DNA of 64,000 nt from Pseudovirgaria hyperparasitica (lineage: Eukaryota): NCBI GenBank assembly GCA_010093815.1, contig ML996569.1; one strand, 5' to 3'. Of the stretch, positions 52,186-63,500 are shown in pieces. The notes beneath the pieces were generated by a model. The model saw only the letters and a program-made list of their open reading frames with translations. It had not been told where the DNA came from and ran no database searches. Numbering within the stretch: the first letter of the stretch is position 1; each line of letters opens with the position of its first letter. The translations under genes were made by a program, and so were the position numbers.

Positions 52186-55100
52186 ATGACATCGGCAAAG
52201 GTAGACACAAAGCATTCTTCACGACAGCAATTAGACCATAGCTCTCATGATCACAGATCCTCGACCATAAAACGTCTTCCGCATGATGTTATCAATACTA
52301 TCAAATCCTCCACATACATCACTTCACTAGAGGACGTCGTAAAGGAGTTGATAAAAAACTCTTTGGATGGCAATGCATCCAGGATCGAGATAGCTGTAGA
52401 TCTTAGTAAGGGCTCTTGTGTAGTAGAGGACGATGGTGATGGAATTGAGCCCAAAGACTTTGTAGAGGGCGGTGGGCTTGGCCAGATATATCGTGAGTAC
52501 TGCACGGTGTGGCTTTGCTCATACACCGCTGATAGACTAGATACTTCCCGTCATGGTTCAGGCGACCAGAGTCATGGCCGTCATGGCGTTTTTCTGACGT
52601 CTCTCAGTGCGTTGTCTTTGCTCACAATCACTTCTCGCCACCATCTGCATCGATCAAGCAACACGATAGTCTTACAGCAGTCCAAGACAGTTGCACGATT
52701 ACTTCCAGCGCCTCCGCGCCACGAGCTCTCTTTCGGTGCCCATGGAACTCGTGTAACTGTATCTAATCTGTTTGGTTCTATGCCCGTACGAGTCAAACAA
52801 CGTGCGGCCAATACGAACCACACCAAATGCTTCGATACTTTGAAGAGAGATATCGTCGGTCTCCTTTTGGCTTGGAGGTCAAGTGTCCGTGTTCGTCTTC
52901 AGAGTGCTGACGGCTCTTTTCAAGTAATCTTGAGTCAGGTTCTGGCTGTGGCACCTAGTAGATTTGATACGCCAGTTGAAAGACTGACTTCCGTTCAGAA
53001 CTTGAAAGCGGCCCCATTGCTATTGGCACAGGCTGGCTATATCAAACACCGTGACTTAAGTTCTTGGGTTCCAGTATCAGCGACCACGCCGTGTATCACG
53101 ATTAGAGGAGTGATATCTGTGGAGCCAGCACCAACAAAAGTCACGCAATTTATCTGCTTAGGTATCAGACCTGTTCCGCGAGAATCTCACAATGAGCTCT
53201 TTGATTGCATCGACCGAGCCTTCAATAATTCTTACTTTAGTGTGGATGCTAATGTCAGCGATGATGATGCCAGATATCCGTCGTGCAGACCTGGACGTCC
53301 GCCACCGATCCAAAAGAGGAGCTCGCGAAAGGCCGTAGATCGATGGCCGATGCTTGTGATCTTCATCGATATGAAGTCTACCTTCGAATATTCTGTGCTT
53401 GATGTGGCGTCTCCCGAAAGCCAAAGCTCGCTACACAAAGTCGTCGGCGTCTTAGACAGCATGTTGTTCCAGTGGCTGTCGGCTCATCATTTCAAGCCAC
53501 AACAACGAAAGATGAAGTCTGAGAACTTGGAAATACTCAAGAGCTCATCTATGCCCCTATCGGCCTCTGTATCAAAGTTGAGCACTGCATCGGCGAATGT
53601 GCGGAGTCCATCCGGCGGCACTTCTCAAACGGATGATCACATTGTCAATCACAGTGCCAACAGATCCCGGCATAATTTCAGTGATTGGAGCAGGATCAAG
53701 AGTGGCAACAGCCGATTCCTGGAGAACATCTGGAATAAAGGACCAGTGTGCGCGGACTCGACGGGCAGTTCCAAAGAGACAGGGCAGTCTTCCCCTTTCA
53801 CCTTCCATATCAACCTTCCGAAATCTACGAACACGAACAGGTCGTCAGCCGACACCAAGAAAGCATCCATTCCATGTGTGACCCAATGCGCTGACGCAGA
53901 CGTAATTCGTATGGATTCCGATGAGTCTAGGTCTAAAGACGACACAATCAGCTGGTTGGATCCTAGCTCGAAGGTAACAACGCTAATCAACGCGAGGACT
54001 GGTTGTATCTTGACAGATAAACCCTCGAGGAAGGCTACAATTTCAGCAGGCTCATCGCAGATTGCTCGCTTCTCGAGAGTTCCTTTACGCAATGAACAGA
54101 AGCATAAGCAAGCTGCCGACGACAAACGAACGCCTTGGCTTGATGATTTCCTTACCAAGTGGAAGAATCCTGTGTTAGAGACCACGGAGAAAAGAATCCC
54201 TTCCGTGTTCCACGAGAGTATGGGAAGCGAAGACACCCACAGAGGGCAGAAAGCGCTCGATGCTGCATTTGCTTATTGTCGAGAGCATCCGATGAAAAAC
54301 ATGGGTGCTATATCTCGGGGCGCCCTGGCCACTGCGAAAGTCATTGCCCAGGTCGACAGGAAGTTCATACTCGTCGACCTGGGAACATCATCCGAACAGG
54401 ACAGCCATGAACCATCCAAGAAGCGACAGCTAGTCCTCGTTGATCAACATGCTGCAGATGAGAGGTGTCGGGTCGAAGAGCTATTAGCAGAGTTCTGCGC
54501 CTATTGTAGTGCACAAATCGGCACACTATCACCACCACCACCACTAATACGACTACCAAAGCCTATCCATTTCGAAGTATCGTCCAAGGATGCCACCGCT
54601 TTGGAAGCGGCCATACCCTTCTGGACCGGATGGGGCATCATCTACGATCTCGAGACCAGCACTCCAGATCGATGCGTCCGAAAGATGACCGTCAAATCAC
54701 TCCCGCCCACCGTCGCCGAACGCTGCAAACTAGACCCCAAGCTCCTCCTCTCAATTCTCCGCGCCGAAGCCTGGAAACTCGGCACCGCGAAAGCGAAAAG
54801 GGCGCGCGCCATGCCGGCGCCGACAACGAATACAACCACGACCACGACAACAACCGACACGAAACACCCGTGGCTCCGGCTCCTAGCCTCCATACCCGAC
54901 GGTCTCCGCGAGATGATCAACTCGAGAGCATGCAGGAGTGCCGTCATGTTCAACGACAAGCTCGACGTCTGGCAATGCGAGGCGCTGGTTCGGCGTCTGG
55001 CCTGCTGTGCGCTCCCTTTCCAGTGCGCGCATGGGAGACCGTCGATGGTCCCGCTCGTCGACTTGGATTGTTGTGCCTCCTCTGTTGTCGGCAACGGTAT

Positions 55101-55245
55101 TCCCTGCGCCGACGTCGTTGGGGGTGTAAGTGTCTCCGGAGATGTGGTGCCTTTCAAGGCGGCTTTCGGGGCGTGGCAGTCTCGTCAAACCAAGGTCTCC
55201 TCGCGTGGACATTCGAGGGGCACGGGCGGGGGAGTTGAAGATTGA
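52186..55245 (+). CDS. MLH3: DNA mismatch repair / meiotic crossover MutL homologue Mlh3
   Basis: GHKL ATPase (ELIKNSLD, VEDDGDGI, HGTRVTV.NLF..MPVR), endonuclease DQHAADERCRVEE, ACRSAVMFND and CAHGRPS; intron 52493-52540. Confidence 0.9.
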   Translation: MTSAKVDTKHSSRQQLDHSSHDHRSSTIKRLPHDVINTIKSSTYITSLEDVVKELIKNSLDGNASRIEIAVDLSKGSCVVEDDGDGIEPKDFVEGGGLGQIYREYCTVWLCSYTADRLDTSRHGSGDQSHGRHGVFLTSLSALSLLTITSRHHLHRSSNTIVLQQSKTVARLLPAPPRHELSFGAHGTRVTVSNLFGSMPVRVKQRAANTNHTKCFDTLKRDIVGLLLAWRSSVRVRLQSADGSFQVILSQVLAVAPSRFDTPVERLTSVQNLKAAPLLLAQAGYIKHRDLSSWVPVSATTPCITIRGVISVEPAPTKVTQFICLGIRPVPRESHNELFDCIDRAFNNSYFSVDANVSDDDARYPSCRPGRPPPIQKRSSRKAVDRWPMLVIFIDMKSTFEYSVLDVASPESQSSLHKVVGVLDSMLFQWLSAHHFKPQQRKMKSENLEILKSSSMPLSASVSKLSTASANVRSPSGGTSQTDDHIVNHSANRSRHNFSDWSRIKSGNSRFLENIWNKGPVCADSTGSSKETGQSSPFTFHINLPKSTNTNRSSADTKKASIPCVTQCADADVIRMDSDESRSKDDTISWLDPSSKVTTLINARTGCILTDKPSRKATISAGSSQIARFSRVPLRNEQKHKQAADDKRTPWLDDFLTKWKNPVLETTEKRIPSVFHESMGSEDTHRGQKALDAAFAYCREHPMKNMGAISRGALATAKVIAQVDRKFILVDLGTSSEQDSHEPSKKRQLVLVDQHAADERCRVEELLAEFCAYCSAQIGTLSPPPPLIRLPKPIHFEVSSKDATALEAAIPFWTGWGIIYDLETSTPDRCVRKMTVKSLPPTVAERCKLDPKLLLSILRAEAWKLGTAKAKRARAMPAPTTNTTTTTTTTDTKHPWLRLLASIPDGLREMINSRACRSAVMFNDKLDVWQCEALVRRLACCALPFQCAHGRPSMVPLVDLDCCASSVVGNGIPCADVVGGVSVSGDVVPFKAAFGAWQSRQTKVSSRGHSRGTGGGVED

Positions 55246-55622
55246 GTCATGATATTCGGCAGTTTGGACTGAATAGGCCAATTATATATACATATACATG
55301 TACAACAACTAATGCATGTATAACAAGCGCCATATCTGCACAGAGTGTCTTTGATTCAATCAATTGGGAGTTAATCATCAAGAGAACCTTACTCTGGGAG
55401 TCTATCTATGTGAATAGCACTTTAGAACCATTACTATCTAGGTCTAATTACTAGTGTATAAAAAAGAGTGTAGACTTATATATAGCTCTACACTTAGAAA
55501 GTAATAGTTAGATATAATCCCTCTTATACTTATCGGGTAAGAATATTCATTCCAGGAATAAGTAGTATAAGCCAATATAGAGTATATAGAGTGCTTCTTC
55601 TTTATCATACCGCCTAATATCT

Positions 55623-56326
55623 TTATATCTCGTCTTCTTCTGACTCATCTGCGGGCATCTCATCTGCGGGCAGCTCAATATTGCCCGGCGCATGCCTGTT
55701 CACCGGACTCCAAGAGACCCCTGGGTAAATGGCTTGGGTCGTTGGCAAAGGCACCAAGCGATCTTCATCATCAAGGCGTATTCTAAAGTCTCCTAGAAGT
55801 GCAAGCATGCCAAGGTACGCTACATTACTCGTGAATACTCAATCCAAATTATAGGAATAAGTGTATAACACTAACCAAAGCTTTCTGCCTTTGCGAGATT
55901 ATAATACCTCGACGTGGTGTCAGTACACTGACGATAGTCGCGAGGAGGGATTGACCCAGTCACTTATACATTTATTAGTATTAGGAATCTCTAATCAGAT
56001 ATATTGGACGTACATAGTGGCTGATCCGTCTGTAAAAGCTGAGCGAGTATGCTCATGCTTAAAATTGTACGTGGTCCCGGGCCCGCAGCAACCCAAAGTG
56101 CAAAGGCACTAAGAGGTAAACTATCTTCGACCTTCTTTGGTGTACTAGATGGGTCGCAGATAGTTATAGTGCTGTATAAATTATTATGATCGACATATGT
56201 AACAGCGCGCAATCCGTTAGGAGTCGTCCCGCGAGTACGGATACACGCCGGCCTTTTTTCCCGAATGAAGTAGTTGTTGTCGGAAGGCACTTTGAGTGAG
56301 GGACACTGTTTCCCAAACGGGACTAG
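55623..56326 (-). pseudogene. 3' remnant of a zincin-like protein gene, damaged and truncated at the TE block
   Basis: PAC...RAVTY....STITICD and NVAYLGMLALLG resemble the IALCD and NHAFFGLLAFL segments of 32602-33740. Stops lie between them and no 5' part is visible. Confidence 0.4.
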
Positions 56327-57508
56327 TGTCTAAACGGTTAAATAGCTTCGACTCTGTCCCTAGAACTTAGCTATATATATAATTATAGAATATATTTAAT
56401 AACCTTAATTATATCTACTTTCTACTTATAATAGATTATAAGCCCGGCGCTTTACTATAAAAGCCTTAAAACACCTCTTTAATAATAAAAACTATTATAT
56501 TTTAATAAAAGTAAGTCCCTTCTCTAAAACTTAGTTATCTTATTAATCCTATTAAAGTTTTACTTTAATTCTACTACCTTATTAACTCTCGGCCTCTATA
56601 TTATTCTCTATACTATCCTTCTACCTCTTTTACCTTTACTACCTTTCTTATAAATATATAATAAATAGAAAGAGTTAGAATAAGAAACTATTAGTTCTAT
56701 ATAAAGAAAAGAGAAGGAACTTAAGGAACTTGTTAATAATAAATATATCTATTAACTTTAAACTTAACCTATCCTCTCTATCTAAGCTATCTTTAAGAGA
56801 AGAAAATTTCCCTAAGTAGAGATTAGCTTAGATAATTATATTTAAATATATATAATTATAGATAATAGTCTCTAGTAGAGTTATTAGACCCTTTAGTACT
56901 AGAGTTATAGATTTATATATAGATATAATAGATTAGAATATAAAGGATAATAAGGTAATAATTATATTACTCTTATTAATATATTAAGATCTTATTATAG
57001 GTCTTACTTTCTATAATATAGTAGTAGCTATATAGAGTTATCTATTATTACGTTTCGACCGTAATATAGATAATTCTTTAATATATCTATTTAGATTACT
57101 CGCTAACCTCTACTATAAAGATAGAGAAGATATCTATAAATATATTAATAATTTCTATTATATCTAGATGCGAATAGTAAAAAGATACGCTACTTTATCT
57201 TATATAGTTATAAAAGTAATACGCCTAATCTTTAAGTCTAAAGAGGTTAAGGGCTTATTCTTCCTTATCTTATTACCTAATACTATAGACTATATTATTA
57301 ATAATTTATTAACTTAAGATATATTATAATTTTAAGATATCGAGCTAAAGATACTTAATCTAGCTAAGAAATATAGTATTAAATCTAATACTACTAGCTA
57401 TAAGGTAAGCTATAAGGGTAAGTCCGGTTAGTCTTCTAAGTTAAAGAAGTCTAACTCCGCCTCTATCTCTATCTCTACCTCTAATACTAAATATATATAG
57501 TATAAGAA
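56327..57508 (+). mobile_element. RIP-degraded Ty1/Copia LTR retrotransposon 5' end (LTR end, PBS, gag); 5' boundary uncertain
   Basis: ATA-GATTATAAGCCC at 56431-56445 is the RIP-mutated form of the fungal Copia junction ACA-GGTTATGAGCCC. A gag (UBN2-like) frame at ~56940-57370 de-RIPs to AAAMWSHL..RFDR...LFR.L..L.YKDGED...FL.SLP. The Zn knuckle (C-T-W-C-K after de-RIP) is cut at 57508. Confidence 0.7.
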
Positions 57509-60500
57509 TGTTAGGGCTAACACTAGGATAGACTTAACTAGACTACTATAGTCTAGTACGGTCCGTGATAGGTGGACCTAGGTTAAGCTAGCTAGAATAA
57601 GCGAGACTACTATATAAGTAGGCTATATATACTTAATTCCTACTCTTTAGAAATTAACCTTATTAGGAGAGTAGACTACCCTTTTAAATATATTCCCGAA
57701 TCCTCCTATAATCTATTAGACTACTATCCTACGTCTATAATTCTTATATTTTAATTTCTCTTTATATAGCACGATAGTAGTTTATAGAAATAGCTCTAAC
57801 TACTCGTTATAATACTCGTGGTACCGCCTCTTATAGTAGACCTTCTCCTAACCTAAACGAGGAGAATAGTCTATCTATAACTACCCCTACTAATAACTAT
57901 ATCTTATAGACTATCGTACTAATAACTTACACGATATTCTATATAACTATAGAAGATATTATAGAATATAAGGATAGAGTCTATTATACTCTATCTCGGT
58001 CTAGTTTAAACTATACTAGACCTAATCTTAATACGAGGCTAGACCTTATTAATATTAATAAGTTAATCCGTTAGAATCGCCTAACATTAACTATACCTTA
58101 TAATAATATATATACTAGACTATACGAAGAGAGGTAACGATAGATTTAACTCGAGTAATAACTATATAAACTTAATAAAGCTTAAGAACGTACTACGAGA
58201 CTTAAAGCTATATTACACGCTTTAGTTCTAGTAATAACTAATCTATATTTATATAGACCTATACTAACTAAAACGATCTATTCTAGTCTACTACTATCCT
58301 AATTACCCCGACCTAAGAAACTACCTTACTTTAATAGTAAAAGTAGAAAGAGTTTCTACGTATAGGCTTACTAATATAGCCGATTCTTCTATCTATTTAT
58401 AAATAATAGTAATAAAATTAGATTCGCCTAGAACTACCTTAATCTAACGCCTTTAGAACGTTAGATAGTATACTAAATTAAATATCCTAAGGATATCTAT
58501 AACTAGGACACGTTCACTAAATTTCTCCTCTAATATTTTAGCGATAGGGCTAAATAACGCGACTAGACCTAGGGCTATATCTTTAAGACTCGATAATAAG
58601 ATAATTAATTACTATTATAACTCCTTAAATATCTTCGGCCCCTCTAGAGAGAAGCTAAAGAAGATTATATAATTTAATAGTATGATAACTTTAAACGGTC
58701 CCTCGCCCTAAATATAAAGGACCGTCTTAACCTTATAATAATAATCTCTATAGATCTCTAAGCTCTTATAAACCTTACGGAGCGATACTAGTATATAATA
58801 AATAATTAACGCCGTGCTAGTATACGACTATCTCTAATAATCTAATCTAACGTAAAATCGTCTAACTAAAACCGATTTAGTAATAGATCTTACGGGACGT
58901 TACGAGGCTATTACTATACCTTAAATTTAAAACCACGCGGATTATATTATAGATCTCCCTACTAATTAATATATTAAGATATAAGGACTAACTCGTATAA
59001 ATGACCTAAAGTTACTTACTATACCTATAGTAGAATAGACTATATAGTATCTAAGTACCGTTTAGGGAAGCTACTAAGTACTAATATAACTAACTAACTA
59101 GTTATATACTATAAGTACTAGTAGCTAGAATATATCGCGCCTAACTATCTAATATAGAATATAAAAAACTAATAGCCTACGAGAAACCCTCGCGACTTAT
59201 AGATATAACTATAATAGAGGGGTAATCTACTAAATAGTATATTAAACTATAGGCTAGACCTATCGAGGTCCCTCATAGATAATATTAGACTATAATACTT
59301 AATAGTAGATTAGCTACTAACGTTATGTTAATCTAATAAGCACGAGAACTTAACGCTAATATCTAAGCTCTAATAAGTACTATATTCTATAGTATTAACG
59401 GTCCTATTAAGTTATACGGTACCTATACTATTAAATATAGTATCTAGGATAGCGGAGGGAAATAGAAACTCTACTACTTAACCTTTATCGTAGTAGATAG
59501 TCCCTTTAATATAATCCTAGGTATACTATAGCTTAAGAAATATAACCTAAAACTAGACTTCCTTAAGAAGATAGCTAGCTAGTATATAAATCTATCTTAA
59601 TAGGAACTAGTATAGCTTATTAACGACGAATAATTCTAGAAAGATTACGAGAAGGTAATCTCTACTATCTATATACTCTTACTTACGTAAAATAGCGAGC
59701 TTAGTATTAAAGTAGACGAAAACCTACTATATTAGTATAAAATATACTAATATATTACGTTAGCGATTAATTCCTCTAAACTACCTTAATACTAATCTAC
59801 CGACCTTACTATTAATCTTAAAGACGGCTAGTAACCTCTATATAGACCTATCTACCCTCTTTTAGAACCTAAGTTATAAGCCCTTTAAGAATATATTAAA
59901 AAGAATCTTACGCGAGGATAGATTAGGCCTAGTATATCTCTAGCCGGAGCTCTAATTCTCTTTATAAAGAAGAAGGATAGGAGCCTCTATCTATATATTA
60001 ACTACTATAGCCTAAATAATATTACGCGAAAGAATCGTTATCTACTACCTCTTATCTCCGAGTCTATTAATAGACTAGAACGTATAAAGATCTTTACTAA
60101 GCTTAATCTATATAACGCCTACTATCGCCTTCGTATTAAGGAAGGTAATAAATAGAAAACGGCTTTTAGGACCTATTATAGATACTTTAAGTATACTATA
60201 GTCCCTTTTAGACTAACTAACGTGCTAGACACCTTCTAAGCGTATATTAATAACGCGCTAGTAGGCCTACTCGATACGATATATATCGTGTATCTAGATA
60301 ATATTCTTATCTTCTTAGATAACGAGGAGAAGTATATCTAGCACGTACGTATAGTTCTAGATAGGCTAGAAAAGTATAAGCTATATATTAAGCTATCTAA
60401 ATACGAGTTCTATTAGGACTATATTAACTTTCTTAGCTTTATTATTACTAATTAAGGTATAACTATAGAGAGAGATAGAGTTACTACTATTATAGACTAG

Positions 60501-63500
60501 CCTAAACTAAAATCCATTCGAGATATACGTGTCTTTATTAGCTTCGCTAACTACTACTAAAAATTTATTAAATACTTCTCCCGTTTAGCCGCACTACTTA
60601 ATATATATACTACTACTACCGACTTATCTATTACGGTCCGTAGTAGATAGAAATAGTATAATATTAAATTATAATCTATTAAATTAACTAAGGTTAAAAG
60701 AATATCCTTTAAGAAGATTAAAGAAGTATTTATAACCGCTCTATTACTAGTGTACTTCGATCTAACTAAACCTATTCACGTTAAAACTAATATATTAGAA
60801 TTTATAATCTCGGGTATACTCTCCTAGCCTAGACTAATAGAGTCTAAAAAGGTCTAATAGTATCTAGTTACGTTCTTCTTACGTAAGATAGCCGACGTGT
60901 TAGACACGTGTCTACTAGTTAATTATATATGTATATAGTAGTCGTATATAAGTAGTATACTCCACCCTTAAAGTAGTAGCTTTAAGATTCGGTCCTTTTA
61001 GTATAGTTAGTTAGTATATAGAGCCCGCCTCCTTATATAATCTTAAAGCTACTACGGGGTTATAGGTTTAACTCTCGGTCTAGTTAACCGTTATTAAATT
61101 TTATATGATTCCGTTTAGCTTACTATATTACGTGTACTTTATACACGTAACGGATAATATAGTAGTAACGTTACTACGGTAAGTTAGTATATCTAGTACT
61201 AGAGGCGGCATTACGAGTATTAATTAGGTGTATACATGATTCGTTTATACTAGGCCTATTATAGCTAGTTTAGTTTATCTTTTATAAGGTAGATACCCAC
61301 GACGCGTAAGGGTACGCGCCTTTAAAAAGGGGAGATATTATTAGACACGTGCCTGCTAGTTAATTATACATATATGTAGTAGTCATATATAAGTAGTGTG
61401 CTCCACCCTTGAAGTAGTAGCTTTAAGATTCGGTCCTTTTAGTATAGTTGGTTAGTGCGTAGAGCCCGCCTCCTTACACGACGTCGAGACTAGATATACT
61501 ATTTATAACTAAGAGCTACTAGTAATAGTAGAGTCGTTTAAGTAGTGGCGATATTATCTTAAAGGTACTATATATAATATTAAGTTACTAACTAATTACT
61601 ATAACTTAAAGGGGTTTATAAGCACGACGGTTTTAAATTATTAATAGGTTCGATAGGCTAAGTAGCTTATAAATTTCTACTTTATAATCTACTATTAACC
61701 TAGAAGTATAAACCTAGCTAATAGAATATTAAGAAGACCTAACTATAAAGAAGGCGCCTAGAATTATAGTAGCTATAGGGTCCTAGAGTAGCTATAGGCC
61801 TAACTCTTAAGGACGAGATTAGATAATAAGTTATCCGATAATTAGTAAGATGCTAACGCTAATACTAGTAATCGAATTTATAAGACTAAAGCCGGTAACT
61901 AAAGACGTAGTACTAAAGTCCCTAGCGAGCTATTTATTAGCGCTATTAGAGAGGGCGATAGTACCTAGCGTGTATATTAAGTAGACCTCGCCTAGTTAAT
62001 TATAGATCTATAAAAGATAGACCTAATAGTTTTAAAGTTATATAAAATATAGTAAGATAGGTTATTACGGACCGAAGTAGACTATAAGTAGATCTTTATA
62101 GACGGCTTACTCTACTACGATAGAAAGTACTATATACTAATAGATAACGCACGATTTACTATAGTTAGCCGATACTATAACGCTAACCTAGTAGAATATT
62201 TTAGATATATACGCACCCTAAGCTCGATTTATTAGTACTATTTTTAGGAAGATATATCTAAGTATGTTAAAGAATAGATAGCTACTTATCTAATTTATTA
62301 AAGAATAAAGGTACCTAGGTATAAGCCATATAGGAACTTATAGCCTCTACTAGTCCCCCTCTTTATATAGGAAGATATTACTATAGATTTTATAGTTAAC
62401 TTACCTCTAAGCGAGATACTTAGAATAAGTTATAATTTAATTCTTATTATTATAGATAGACTTATAAAGATATCTAGGTACGTCCCTATATAGAAGACGA
62501 TTATATTAAAAGAACTAGTATAAGTATTCTAGAATAAGATTATTAAGGTCTATAGTATACTAAAAAGGATCGTTATAGACTAAGGAAGTATATTCACGTC
62601 TAAATTCTAGATATTATTCTACGAAATGGCCGGTATAAATAGAAATATATTAATAGTATTCTATCTATAAATAGATAGTTAGATAGAGCGATAGAACTAA
62701 ACGCTCGAGGCCTACCTTCGTGCATTCTATAATTTTAAATAAGATAACTAGGCCTCTCTACTAAGTATAGTAGAATTCGCGTATAATAATAGTTATTATA
62801 GTATAATAGGTATTACGCCCTTCTAGGCGAACCTAGAACGTAGTCTAAGAATAGGTTTCAAACCTTACACGGTCTAGTTCGACCAAACGATAGATATTAA
62901 CATCCACGCGTAGGAACTAGTAATTAAAATCTTTAAAACCGCACGTAACTATCGCGTAATAATCTAGTAAGTAAATAAGTTATATATAAAGTACTATAAT
63001 AGATTAGTTAAAGATTAAGCGTATAAGAAGGGAGATAAAGTTCTCCTTAATATCCGTAATATATAAATATCGCGAGTAAATAAAAAGCTTAATTATAAAA
63101 TAGCTAGTCTCTTCCGAATTAAACGTTATATTAGTATAAGAGTCTACGAGCTCGACCTAGGAAATAATATAAAAGTCTATAACGTATTCCACGTCTTATT
63201 ACTTAAAAGGTTTTGATCTAATATATATAAACGTATGAACGTATAATTATACTCTATTATACCCTAAGATAGACTAGACGTATACGAAGTAGACTATATT
63301 ATTAAACATAGACTTAATAAGAATAGTATCTAAAAGTATTAAATCTATTAGAAGAACTATACCGAGGATAAGAATACCTAGAAACCTATAGTATATATCT
63401 TAAGTACCGCGATAGCTATATATAAATAGAGGTTATAGGATAACACGTTACTACCGTAAACCTAGCGCTATTAGGGCCGTCGTAAAAAGAAGAAGAATAC

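Noticed and set aside
52493..52540. Stop-free 3n introns in MLH3, the DnaJ gene and the 50.4-51.7 kb gene as a shared retention programme
   Set aside because: With dozens of short introns in the window, several stop-free 3n introns are expected by chance.
52186..55245. Calling the MutL gene PMS1 or MLH1
   Set aside because: DQHAADER and the C-terminal FQCAHGRPS fit Mlh3; Pms1 typically has DQHASDEK and CPHGRPT, and Mlh1 lacks the motif.
60898..61478. Insertion as a solo LTR or MITE
   Set aside because: It has two internal 140-bp direct repeats, a PBS-position element and a PPT, and no long terminal inverted repeats.
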